IMG/VR virus record: IMGVR_UViG_3300042396_000691
Span: 32,001 to 96,000 of that record
Reading direction: 5' to 3' (one strand)
Length of the DNA stretch: 64,000 nt
From: a virus
Lineage: Duplodnaviria > Caudoviricetes
Made by a program: the position numbers and the translations under genes. Positions 46,001 through 55,400 of the stretch are shown here, piece by piece (the stretch's first letter is position 1; each line of letters begins with the position of its first letter). The notes under the pieces were generated by a model. That model saw only the letters and a program-made list of their open reading frames with translations. It was not told the DNA's origin and ran no database searches.

Positions 46001-47856
46001 ATATAGCCAACTTTGAAAAGTTCAGATGAACCAATCTGAGTTACCCCATTAAATATACCAAAAAGACACCTTGATAGTGGATCATTACCAAGTTCTGATC
46101 TTGATGATTCTGGTCCTATTAAAAGTACAGATTGTGGTAAAGAAACATGAATATGCTCTTTACCATCAACCATGACATATTTATCAGAAACAGTTAATTT
46201 TAAAAAAATGTGATCTCCTATCACATAGCAGTCTGGACTTGTGTCATCTATTTGATATGTTCCGGGTGTTGCCAGTATAACTGCCCAATTTTCGAGTTTT
46301 CCTTTAGGGTCTTTAAACTGTCCATCAAATACTGGTTTTGGAATTTGTGCAAATGGACTAGAACCAACTTGAGTTGGGTCCATCCACCCACTTTGAGATG
46401 GAAGAATGTTATATGTTCCCTTTTGTTCATCTGTTAATGTGTCTTGTGGCAATTTTTTTTCTAACTTATTTCTTACTGTTAAGCCCCCAGTTACGCTAGT
46501 TTCACCATCAGGACCGATGTTGTTTGATCTTCCTTTAAGATCTGAATTTCCTCCACCATTTACTTGCACTAAAAATTGTTTTCCCCAATATGTTTCACAA
46601 TAACTTTTTAAATATGAATACAATCTAGCTGCTCTTCTTACGCCAACATCATTCTCTTTTTCTGAAAAATACCTTTTTAATAAAGTTGTACCAGCACCAC
46701 CAAAACGACTCCAATAAAGACGATCAGCATCCCAAGCTCTAGCCCCTCTTAAAAAAATATTTGCATATCTTTCTGGTTCATAAAGTTCAAGATAAAATTC
46801 CCAAGATTCTTGAGAACCCATAACGCATTGTAGTTCTACAGAATTTGTTAAGTAATAAATACCACCTTCTATATCTTCAATTCCAATAGCTGGAATGTTT
46901 ATGTTTTCCATTACTTCAAGAGTAAAAGAATCCCCTATAAGATTACGATATGTTTTAACTTCATAATTAATCTTTGTCTGAGGTGTTCCAGTTATATCAT
47001 GACCAAAATAATATTTGATAACTGAATTTGGATTAATGTATGAGTCAAAACCCCTGTCAAACAATATGGTTTGTTCTTTTGCCCCGCCCCACACAACAAA
47101 ATTGCAAGTAACCCCAGTTGCTGCTTCGCTTCCAGCATCCCAAGATATCGCCTTTTTATTTAGTGCCATTGTTTTTATAGTGCCAACAACCTTTTGATTG
47201 GCTGCATCTAATGCAAGAGATTGGATTTTTATCCTAAAAGTTTTTCCTTCTAAAACTAATCTCCACATATGACCAGTGGCTTCACATATTTGTGAAACAA
47301 CATCTAATAATCCAACTTTTGGTCCTGGTATTCTATAGTAATCAGGAAGTCCTGTTAATATAGCGGATATATCAACAGAGTATTTTTCTGTTCCATTTCT
47401 AACCCCACATAAGCCAGACAATGCTGAAACACCAGCAACAAATGTGTTAACCCCCATTCCAGATGCATTAGAATTTGCTGCTCCGTAACCAATTCCCTCG
47501 TAATATCTAAAAATATTAAAATAATTATCAACTAAACAAGCACTATCATCTTTATTTCCATATAAATTACCAACTACGCATTGAACATTTCTTAAAATTT
47601 CTTTTCCATCACTCAATGTAGCTTCATAAGTAATACCACTACTACTATGTCTTTCTATAACCCTTTCTAAAAAACCAACAAAATTAAATGCCCTAAAACT
47701 AAAATCTTTAACTTCACCGATTTTATAAGGTGCTATAGATTCATCATCTTCGGGAGCCATTTTTACCGTTAATGTTGAACCAGCATCATTCCATCCAACG
47801 CTAGATGAAAAATCTATAACTTTAAGACCAAGAAATTTTTGAGCATCAAATGCCAT
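43069..47856 (-). CDS. large tail tip/baseplate-hub-like protein with Cys-rich and Thr-rich C-terminal region
   Basis: ATG 47856 (MAFDAQKFLG); hub-like N-terminus (FSSSVGW, LLDVVSQICE); C-terminal Cys-rich units, poly-Thr tracts and terminal coiled coil. Confidence 0.65.
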   Translation of the reverse strand: MAFDAQKFLGLKVIDFSSSVGWNDAGSTLTVKMAPEDDESIAPYKIGEVKDFSFRAFNFVGFLERVIERHSSSGITYEATLSDGKEILRNVQCVVGNLYGNKDDSACLVDNYFNIFRYYEGIGYGAANSNASGMGVNTFVAGVSALSGLCGVRNGTEKYSVDISAILTGLPDYYRIPGPKVGLLDVVSQICEATGHMWRLVLEGKTFRIKIQSLALDAANQKVVGTIKTMALNKKAISWDAGSEAATGVTCNFVVWGGAKEQTILFDRGFDSYINPNSVIKYYFGHDITGTPQTKINYEVKTYRNLIGDSFTLEVMENINIPAIGIEDIEGGIYYLTNSVELQCVMGSQESWEFYLELYEPERYANIFLRGARAWDADRLYWSRFGGAGTTLLKRYFSEKENDVGVRRAARLYSYLKSYCETYWGKQFLVQVNGGGNSDLKGRSNNIGPDGETSVTGGLTVRNKLEKKLPQDTLTDEQKGTYNILPSQSGWMDPTQVGSSPFAQIPKPVFDGQFKDPKGKLENWAVILATPGTYQIDDTSPDCYVIGDHIFLKLTVSDKYVMVDGKEHIHVSLPQSVLLIGPESSRSELGNDPLSRCLFGIFNGVTQIGSSELFKVGYIPITPKLMAIGLVATTNDAYGPWYMNSGKGGLTKVEHDSSLTPWEFGSGANLGQVFSEKLKDIQPVDKFETGSLTMVNPPEHQLGDELVKNGAIVTSISASYGPNGITTQYSFRTFLPRFGVTSDVVINRMRQQTAKQNEDRRTILKSYMDTIARQQSANRSEMGGKIRSFFLDFLGRRHDRMSPHALIVMGIGIANAGPGAYFGIGMYTRTKILGASYKQNESMKDLGDKELDSVQIDSKAVASMDTLYVPFRNNFANSGGAFFSSSGYLPHCWPVTPDTLVSQKFTNSPDPQYKRGDNLIDIRQGKVPTSITYNPFKRFCHFDTLIDCNQDYWDNHNEPTKYFSSEGSVGVGSQPIDVKAIALRGPLMISGWGVDLWTGQIIPSVDYGLTDKFTPDPYVSANAPWEAAENKMTGPVDLMWDSARGMWTSHDVVRVQPSATVYGSNFTCNTSGRLSKAFVRMYANDLLSNQLVEVYNLSSKPQYPATQTLAHYSVYDNRWYIKGEGAIPRYNDLKLQAQIYASICNTIGPNPAPPPPICDYNITTGNEKSSFKYYADFDITEQTTDIYTVARLKDNGETTLCPEHKFVDVIRTHGMNAGVPYVIGVTKCPDGTIVPIINTLWFWHGLAKEIILPDEDEDECEGHEDPDDPNTTTTVGPTTTTTTAPSGYCVVETGEGTQCFNCTQYCESEFFLQGPYPKAECESYLPGLNANCSMTLVFDDPCFSCYYDANGEYTGPNKVENCNMDRDQQNANIPACTTTTTPAPCDTYYLYQNEETFCHYCSTAPNGTGGYPGTLIDGVCENGCEDARTIADSEDPRCQGCYKITGGCDQSTCYTCRSCETGESGEYTNLDDCMEQADSQNAQCSPICTTTSTTTTTSAPTTSTTTTTANPCVTVVEAVVCAPQSPGDGYVSGGGDIWTKSVSVVKCSTQPLPPAVFSSSFPNLEVKLLRAELKALTKKFVQLVDVLEKNDIKVF

Positions 47857-47882
47857 TTTGTAATCCACCAATAAATTTGTTT

Positions 47883-49127
47883 TTAAACAAAATCCCCGCC
47901 ATAAGTCCAAGTAACACTTCTGGTGACTTTTCCAGATCTTTCATCGTAAGTTTTTTCATCCTTATCAACAAAAGAATTTCCTGCTGGCTTATACTCGCTT
48001 ACCGATGGTTCACCATTGCTACCATCTTTATATATTACCGTAATATTCACAGATAAACTACCCTGTTTTTTAGTACCAAATCTTTGTAAGATTGGCCCTG
48101 TTGGTTTTCCAATGGCTGCAATAGAAGCATAAAATTCTGTTGGTACATTATCGGTTATATCTACAGTCCTATAAATCTCACCAGCCTTTTCAATTCCACC
48201 AGAAGCATCCATATTTACTGTTATAGTTCCAGCTACAACATTTCTTGAAACAGAAATAGACTTTATTTTATCAGTGGTAGAACCATCATAAGCATCTCCA
48301 ATTTCTGGAATTGTTATTGTTCCAAGATAAGCATTTGCATTTGCGTACTTATCTCCACCTCCTGGACCAGCAAGACCTTTTATACTTATTTGTTTTGAAA
48401 AACTTTTAAAAATTGAATCAGCAGATTCTTTTATAGAATATGTTTCTTCAACTAAGGCACTTGTTTTACATATAGTCCAACTCTCTGTGCATTCAACTGA
48501 GTTTTTTTCAGTGTTAACTGTATAGTTAGTCGTTTTATTGTAAGCAGAACCTGTTGTGGATGGTAAATAACTTGCACCATCAGTAAAACTAGATGAAGCT
48601 GGTAACTTTGTTATAGCCAATTGATAAGTTGCAGTTTCAGAACTATTTAATGTAATACTTCTAGATCTTGTTACTTTTACAAATCTGTCATATTCATCCG
48701 CTGGATCTAAAGACCAATTTTCATCAACATCTTGTGATTCAAATAAAACCTTTTCAAAAACTATTGTGTAATCAGCAAAAACACTACTTGGATCAGCTTG
48801 ATAAGATTTTGATTTTAACTTTACCTTACCAGAAAGAAAGGGGGCACTCATTGTGCCAGTAACAAATAAGTTATTTACAGAATGAACAACTAGTCCTTCT
48901 ATTACTGAATATGCTGTATTTATTTTTCCAAGTCTTCCAAATTCATTGTCTTGTGCAAGATCTACAACATCTCCGTTATTGTTTTTTGCAAGAGAAAGAG
49001 CTTTACCCTTTAAAGTTACTACCAATACGCTCTTTTTTACTTTTCCACTTTCTTTAAATTCGTTCTCTGTTTGTACTGTCACAAGCGGTGTTGGAACTAT
49101 AGGTGTTCCATTAAGAGTTATTGCCAT
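47883..49127 (-). CDS. putative tail protein (paralogue of 49128..50414)
   Basis: Thr/Ser-rich beta protein in the tail block; shares motifs with its neighbour. Confidence 0.6.
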   Translation of the reverse strand: MAITLNGTPIVPTPLVTVQTENEFKESGKVKKSVLVVTLKGKALSLAKNNNGDVVDLAQDNEFGRLGKINTAYSVIEGLVVHSVNNLFVTGTMSAPFLSGKVKLKSKSYQADPSSVFADYTIVFEKVLFESQDVDENWSLDPADEYDRFVKVTRSRSITLNSSETATYQLAITKLPASSSFTDGASYLPSTTGSAYNKTTNYTVNTEKNSVECTESWTICKTSALVEETYSIKESADSIFKSFSKQISIKGLAGPGGGDKYANANAYLGTITIPEIGDAYDGSTTDKIKSISVSRNVVAGTITVNMDASGGIEKAGEIYRTVDITDNVPTEFYASIAAIGKPTGPILQRFGTKKQGSLSVNITVIYKDGSNGEPSVSEYKPAGNSFVDKDEKTYDERSGKVTRSVTWTYGGDFV

Positions 49128-50414
49128 TTACTCACTCCATATAAAAACTGTAGTTCTTGTTGTTTTTCCAGCAGCAAGATTTTTTTGTACATTATCAGAT
49201 TCAATTATATAATCAGCAGTTGGAGCATATTCTAGCGTATCTAATGTAATACTAGTAAGAGAAACAGCCTCTATGGTTACTGTTTTTGTATGAACTTTTT
49301 TTATGCCAATGTCTTGAAACAATGGTCCACCACCACCATAGATTGTTTGATGTATCACATATGTGTCTGGTGGATTAGCCAATATTCCCATTTCTGTTAT
49401 GTTTACTTTTCTACTTTTTGAACCATCTGTTGGTTTAGGATAATCTTCTACTTGATAATCGTAATTAATTATTCCTTTAACTTCATCATGACTTTCTGAT
49501 GTTGACACAATTGTAATAGCTGCGTAGGTTGCAATTAATGCATTCTTAACAGTTGTCCATAAGGTAGATGCTGGACCATATCTATCACCACTACCACCGT
49601 TTAATCCAGCTATAGTTCCACTAATTGAAGTTGTTCCTCTAAAAGAATTAGAGTCACTTTTTTGCGTTATTGTTTGCTCATGAGTTGCTAATGCATCTTC
49701 GCCAGTTGCTGGATTATGATACGATATTTCAACATCAGCAGAAACTTCATTGGTTGATGTGTTTACTCTATAAGATACTTTTTTATTGTGAGAGTTACTA
49801 AATGTTCCACTAGTAGCACCACTTATATCTGCTGGTATTGTAGAAGCTATATTCTCATCAACTTTTGCTTTGGCCTTTTTCCATCCTAGTTCCCATATGC
49901 CGTTAACATTTGTGTCTTTGCATTTTGCAGAAATTTTATGAGAAACTTTTGTGAATCTTTTATCTTCTTCATTTAATTCTACAGTCCAAGATTGATCGAA
50001 ATTTAGATTTATCTGATTTGCTGCTGGAACTTTTACACCATTGTATGTAAATGAATCAGCTTCCATTTCAATGCTATAATCTGAATAATCAACCCAAATG
50101 CCTTCGTCAAAAGAAACTGATTTAATTCTACCGCTACAAGAAAATGTTCCAGTTCCATTTCTAGATGTAAACGAAAAGTTTTTTATTTCGCCATCTGAGC
50201 TATATGCACATGTAGAATTTATAGTCTGCTGTTGTGCAAGTATATAAGCATGTTTTGCAGCAGTTGTAGCACTTTGAGAAGCTACTATTTTTCCTTTTAC
50301 AGATATGTTGAAAAGATATTTTTCTAGTTTGCCACTTGACAAAAATTCTGTTTGTTGAGATACGCTTACAGATTGTATTGGGTTTAATTGTAAACCATTA
50401 AAAATTGCTGGCAT
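49128..50414 (-). CDS. putative tail protein (paralogue of 47883..49127)
   Basis: QSWTV/ENWSL, FTKVSHK/FVKVTRS, GPLFQDIGIKK/GPILQRFGTKK, GKTTRTTVFIW/GKVTRSVTWTY. Confidence 0.6.
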   Translation of the reverse strand: MPAIFNGLQLNPIQSVSVSQQTEFLSSGKLEKYLFNISVKGKIVASQSATTAAKHAYILAQQQTINSTCAYSSDGEIKNFSFTSRNGTGTFSCSGRIKSVSFDEGIWVDYSDYSIEMEADSFTYNGVKVPAANQINLNFDQSWTVELNEEDKRFTKVSHKISAKCKDTNVNGIWELGWKKAKAKVDENIASTIPADISGATSGTFSNSHNKKVSYRVNTSTNEVSADVEISYHNPATGEDALATHEQTITQKSDSNSFRGTTSISGTIAGLNGGSGDRYGPASTLWTTVKNALIATYAAITIVSTSESHDEVKGIINYDYQVEDYPKPTDGSKSRKVNITEMGILANPPDTYVIHQTIYGGGGPLFQDIGIKKVHTKTVTIEAVSLTSITLDTLEYAPTADYIIESDNVQKNLAAGKTTRTTVFIWSE

Positions 50415-50415
50415 T

Positions 50416-52395
50416 TTATACCTCGTTTACTTTTATAAACATGTTCATATCAGCAAAATGGCTTGTGTGAAAATTAAGTCCATGCATATGTAAATATAAT
50501 TTATTGTCTGCCCCTACTACAACATTTGGAATGCTTAAATTAACAAAAGAATTTAAATTGTCGTGTCCTTTTTGAAATAAGTCTACATAATTATTCAAAG
50601 ATGTTTTACCTTCTGTAAATAAATTCATAATATTTGCATAGTGTTCATTATCTCTAGAAACAAATAAGTCCATTTGCCCATTATTTGGCAGATAACCTTG
50701 AGATGTTCCAGTTCCTTCTATATAAAGTGTTTTTTCTATAGTTTTTCCCAAAGTGTCATTAAACAATGTTAAATTTAAATAGTTTTGAATATCTTCTTTA
50801 ATTGTTAAAGACTCTGTGTATAAACTCATTCCAACAGAAAGATCCCCTATTAATGGAACTTCCATATATAAATTAAAACTTTGATGCTCACAGCTTCTAA
50901 TGAAAAGATCTATGCCCTTATAGAATATTCTTATTGCCTCATCGCCCTGCATATAAAGGTTTGTTTTACCATCAAAAGGTATTCTTTTAGGTCCACTAAT
51001 ATAAAGTGGCAATATTTTTTGAGGGTCTTGTTTTAAAAATAATTGCATTTTTTCATCAACTATGCATTTTACAAACATAGTTAAATTTGATTCTGTGTTT
51101 GAAAGTGTAAACAATGACATTGAATTTTCTGGAAATGATTTGGTGAATAATCTTCTAATTCTTGTGCTTCTTCCAGCACCATCTATAAATAATGTTGCAG
51201 TATTTGAATAAGCACCTCTGACATATAGGTTTTTTAAAGATGTATTTTTAGCATTTGATTTAACAAACAAGTTTAATGCGGATATAGGGTTTGCTTTTAA
51301 AAACATCGTCATAGTTTTAATAAAATCTTTATTGCCATGAGTAAATAAATTTAAATTGTTTTCTTCTGCGTTTTTAATAAACAATGAAACATTAGGTATT
51401 CCAACATTTATTGAATCTAAAAAATAAGTTAATGAAAAACTATTGCTTATGGCAGGAGTTACACATGGGTTTGTAAACCTTAAAGTAAAATCTCCACCTG
51501 GATATATTTTTAAATTTGAAAATGTTACTATACCATCTACAGCTTGTACCATAGTTGTACCAATGAATGCTCCTGTTCCAGTGTATATTTCTGCTGTAAC
51601 TCGTAAATTAGAAGAGGTTACTACTTGATTATAAGCATCTCTAACCTCTATGACTGTAGCACCTAAAGCAACATTAGTGTAAGTGCCTGTTGGCTGAGTA
51701 GTTATGACCAATTGTGTTTCAGTAGTTATCTCATTACAGTAGATGGTTTGTATAAGGTCTATTTCTGTAGAATCAATTGCTTCGTCATATATTCTTAAGT
51801 CATCTAATTGATAGCCGTTAAAAGTATTAGTTATAAAAAATATGTTTGTATTATCAACTATCCTCTCTGTGCTAAACGGTATTGAATAATCTAATGTGTT
51901 TGGAGTTGGTGTTGTGCCATCAAAAAAAAGATCTTGTTGTGTTCCATTTAATGCCAAAGATAATGGTTCAGTTGGGCCTCTATAAATAATTATTATGTTT
52001 GTAAACTGTTGACTAAAATCATTTGCACCTAATTTTATTAAAGCTACTCCAGAATCAAAACCATTATTAAATCCAACGCTTAAGCTGTCTGTCGATGTTT
52101 TTATTGAAATGTAAAATCTTGTATTTCCACCACCATAAATTTGAAAAATAATATCTTCTTCAACACCTTTTACCCAAAAAGATATTGTCCAAGGTGCATC
52201 TACCGTTGATGGCAATGGGTTTGATTGTGTAAATACGCCACTAGTTAATGGGCCATGATAGCCATCTTGAAAGTTTAAACATTTTTGAACTAGCCCATCA
52301 ACAAATGTGACAAGACCTCTAGTATTAGAAAAATCTAAGTTTCCTATACTGTCAGTCAAGTCGCCATTGAATTTCCATTGATGTATTAATGCCAT
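50416..52395 (-). CDS. LamG/concanavalin-like + Ig-like + repeat-containing tail protein
   Basis: IHQWKFNGDLTDS...WTISFWVK...LDDLRIYDEAI (LamG); QLVITTQP...DGIVTFSNLKI (Ig-like); ~20 short xL[FY]xxG-like repeats. Confidence 0.75.
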   Translation of the reverse strand: MALIHQWKFNGDLTDSIGNLDFSNTRGLVTFVDGLVQKCLNFQDGYHGPLTSGVFTQSNPLPSTVDAPWTISFWVKGVEEDIIFQIYGGGNTRFYISIKTSTDSLSVGFNNGFDSGVALIKLGANDFSQQFTNIIIIYRGPTEPLSLALNGTQQDLFFDGTTPTPNTLDYSIPFSTERIVDNTNIFFITNTFNGYQLDDLRIYDEAIDSTEIDLIQTIYCNEITTETQLVITTQPTGTYTNVALGATVIEVRDAYNQVVTSSNLRVTAEIYTGTGAFIGTTMVQAVDGIVTFSNLKIYPGGDFTLRFTNPCVTPAISNSFSLTYFLDSINVGIPNVSLFIKNAEENNLNLFTHGNKDFIKTMTMFLKANPISALNLFVKSNAKNTSLKNLYVRGAYSNTATLFIDGAGRSTRIRRLFTKSFPENSMSLFTLSNTESNLTMFVKCIVDEKMQLFLKQDPQKILPLYISGPKRIPFDGKTNLYMQGDEAIRIFYKGIDLFIRSCEHQSFNLYMEVPLIGDLSVGMSLYTESLTIKEDIQNYLNLTLFNDTLGKTIEKTLYIEGTGTSQGYLPNNGQMDLFVSRDNEHYANIMNLFTEGKTSLNNYVDLFQKGHDNLNSFVNLSIPNVVVGADNKLYLHMHGLNFHTSHFADMNMFIKVNEV

Positions 52396-52413
52396 AGGTA
52401 ATCCTTAGTTTAA

Positions 52414-55400
52414 TCAAAGTTCATTTCTTTTAAATCCAGTAATAGCATTTTGTATTTGTGCTGCAATATTCAATGTTATTCCAGATAATGATTGCTGTAT
52501 TGCTTGTAGTACACTTGGGGTATTAAAGCTTATATTCAACAATAATGGTGACATAGCTAAATTTATTGTGCTTGGTATACGATCTAATGCAGAGGTTAAA
52601 TCATTTACTGCCATTTCAAAATTACGACTACTAGAAGTCATGGCCGATGCAGCAGTATTCATAATTGATACCGCTTGATTAAAAGTTGAACTTGCAGAAT
52701 TAAATGATCCAGAAACAACTTGTAAAGTTTGATTTAGTGTTCCTGCACCAACAGCCACAGATTCTCCCGCAACTCGTAAATTATTTCCTGCATTATTTAA
52801 TTCGCTAGAATCAAAGGTTGAAATTGCTCCACGACCTTTACCACTTCCACCATCATAGTAGCCAACTTTTCCACCCTTGGCATAATTATTAACTCTATCT
52901 AAAAATGCAGTTCCAACTCTATCTACTGCTGGCTTACTTACAACAAACTCTCCTGGTGTTAACATAGCTGGTTGAGTATCGGTGCTTGAACCACCATTGG
53001 CCATAAATCGGAATGGCCGAACAGGACCAGAACTAAAGACTGGGTTTCCTTGTACTCTATTTGCTAAACTAAAATAGCGGTTAGGGGCTGGTCTTGGTGG
53101 AGTAATTTTTTGAAACGGTGCATCGTAATGCGACATTCTTGCATTTTTAATAGTGTCTAAAGCTTGAGTTGCTGCGACATCTGTATTGTTTACTGATAAA
53201 CTTCCTAGACCATCTTTTTGCAAGGAAGATATTGCCTGTTGAGCTATGCCCACATTACTTCCAGGCATACTAGCAAGGCTGCTTCCAGCCAAAGCTTTAT
53301 TAGCACTAACGCCTTGGAATGATTGATTTCCAGCTTTGCTAAAGCCAAGTTCATTTATATAGTCTTTAAGACTAACCTTATCATAATTTTGACCATTATC
53401 ACCATGATTTGGTGGACCACCAATTAATCCAGATATATAACGACTTCCAACAGCCGATGTTCTATATCCAGTTATTGGTGCTCTAGAAATTTCTTTATTG
53501 TTTAAGATGTCATTAAAAACTGAATCTTCCATTGCAAATTTTGAAGCACCAGCCAATTTTGCTGAACCGTATCTGGAATCAGATACTGCATTTAATCCAC
53601 CAACATAATTGGGGATTGGACCACCACTAAAAGAAATATTACCAGATCCAACTCCACCAAATTCTTTTGAATGTTTTTCAAGAATTTCAGTGCCATAATT
53701 GAAACTGTAATATTTAAATAAATCTGGTCTATTTAAATTTCCTGACCTATCTGCCCTATAGTTAGCTAAATTTCCAAGAGTATTTGCAGTGACTCTAGGG
53801 TTATAGACTCTGGAAGCTAAATAGCCCTGTGTTCCTATGTCAAAATCTGTCCTTCTTTTTTCATATCTAGTAGGTCTATACCGTTTACCACTAGCCATGT
53901 CATAAAGACCAGTTCCTTGATCAGCCATTCTATCCATTTCATTGTTATATCTTGGTCCAGAGCTTATATATCCCCTGCCTGGAGATTGTCCAGAATACCT
54001 AGCGTACATTGGGTTTATAGCTGTAAGATTACCACCACGATTTAAATACTTTACCGCCCCACCACTGTTAAGATTTTGCAAGAGAGGGAGATTAGCAGCA
54101 GTTGCCCTAGCATTAACTACATACTCACCGGGAGATAGTATTGCTGGTACAGTATCAGTACCCTTTGCGACAAAGAAGGATGGGTCAGGGTTTGGAGCAC
54201 TGCTTGGAACAATACCGCCAGAGGCCATAGCAAGAGGTTTTTCAAAATTGTCTTCTTTAGCACCAATCCAATTATATTTTATACCTTTGTTTTTTTCAAA
54301 ATAGTCATATATGTCTTTTGAAACGACTTCTTTTTCATCTGGAATGCTCAAATCTTTTTTTAGTTTATTCGAGTCATATTTAAAGAAATTTTCTTTAGTT
54401 TCTACATTTCCATCATTAGAACTGTATTGTAATGCATCAAATCCTGTGTTAAATAAATTGTTGTTAAAAAATGGAACTATTGCAGTAAGTTTTTTACCAA
54501 AGTCTTTGCTAAATTGTTCTAATATTAAAGCATTTTCTTTTTGCCTTTTTTCAATTTCAATATTTTGATATTGTGGCCATAGTCCAGCATAGTTTTTTTC
54601 TGTTAATCCATTGTTTTGATCATTGTAATAAATTTTATCATTTATGTTTTTTATTAAACTAATATAATCTAACAAATTATCTTTTGTTGTTTCTTCTTTG
54701 TAAACACCACCAAATAATTCTTGTTCAAGAATGTTTTTTAAATTTATTCTTTTTTCTTTATCCGCATCTATCATTTGTGGCTTATCTACCAAAGGATCTC
54801 CATATGACATATATGGTTCCATTAATGAAGAAACTTTTGCACTTTGTTCATTTACATAATCATCAGATCTTATTTTTTCGATTGGTGGTGCATCAAGTCT
54901 TAATTTTTTACCTGTGTCTTTTATTTTTTGATCTTCTCCAGCTTTAAGTCTTTCAGCAATTTCAATTTTACTATACAGTTCTTGTGATCTAATAGACTCT
55001 ATGTCAAAAACTTCATATTTTCTGTTCAAATCTTTTATTGGATAACCTTTATCATTTGATGGCTTAACACCAAGTGATTTTGCTATTTCCACTATTTTTT
55101 GTTCATTTTGATCGTCAAACAATATTTTTGGTTCAAGCTCTGAAATATTTGATAGGTTTTTATCTTGTTTAAACAATCTTCCAAATATTGCACTTTTATC
55201 ATAATCGTTTATTTTTCCAGAATCGCCTTTTCCAAGTTTTTTCAAAATGGAATCTATGGAATCCGAGGCTTTACCATCTGGATTATATTTTTCTCTGATT
55301 TTATTAAGTTGTCCTTCGCTTGCACCACTTTTTTGCAAAGGGCTTATTTCTGAGATAAACGATTCTGGTATTCCTCGTTCACCTTTGTTTTTTAACTTTT

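Noticed and set aside
41820-47856. Diversity-generating retroelement acting on tail genes
   Set aside because: No reverse transcriptase and no near-identical TR/VR pair seen in the window.
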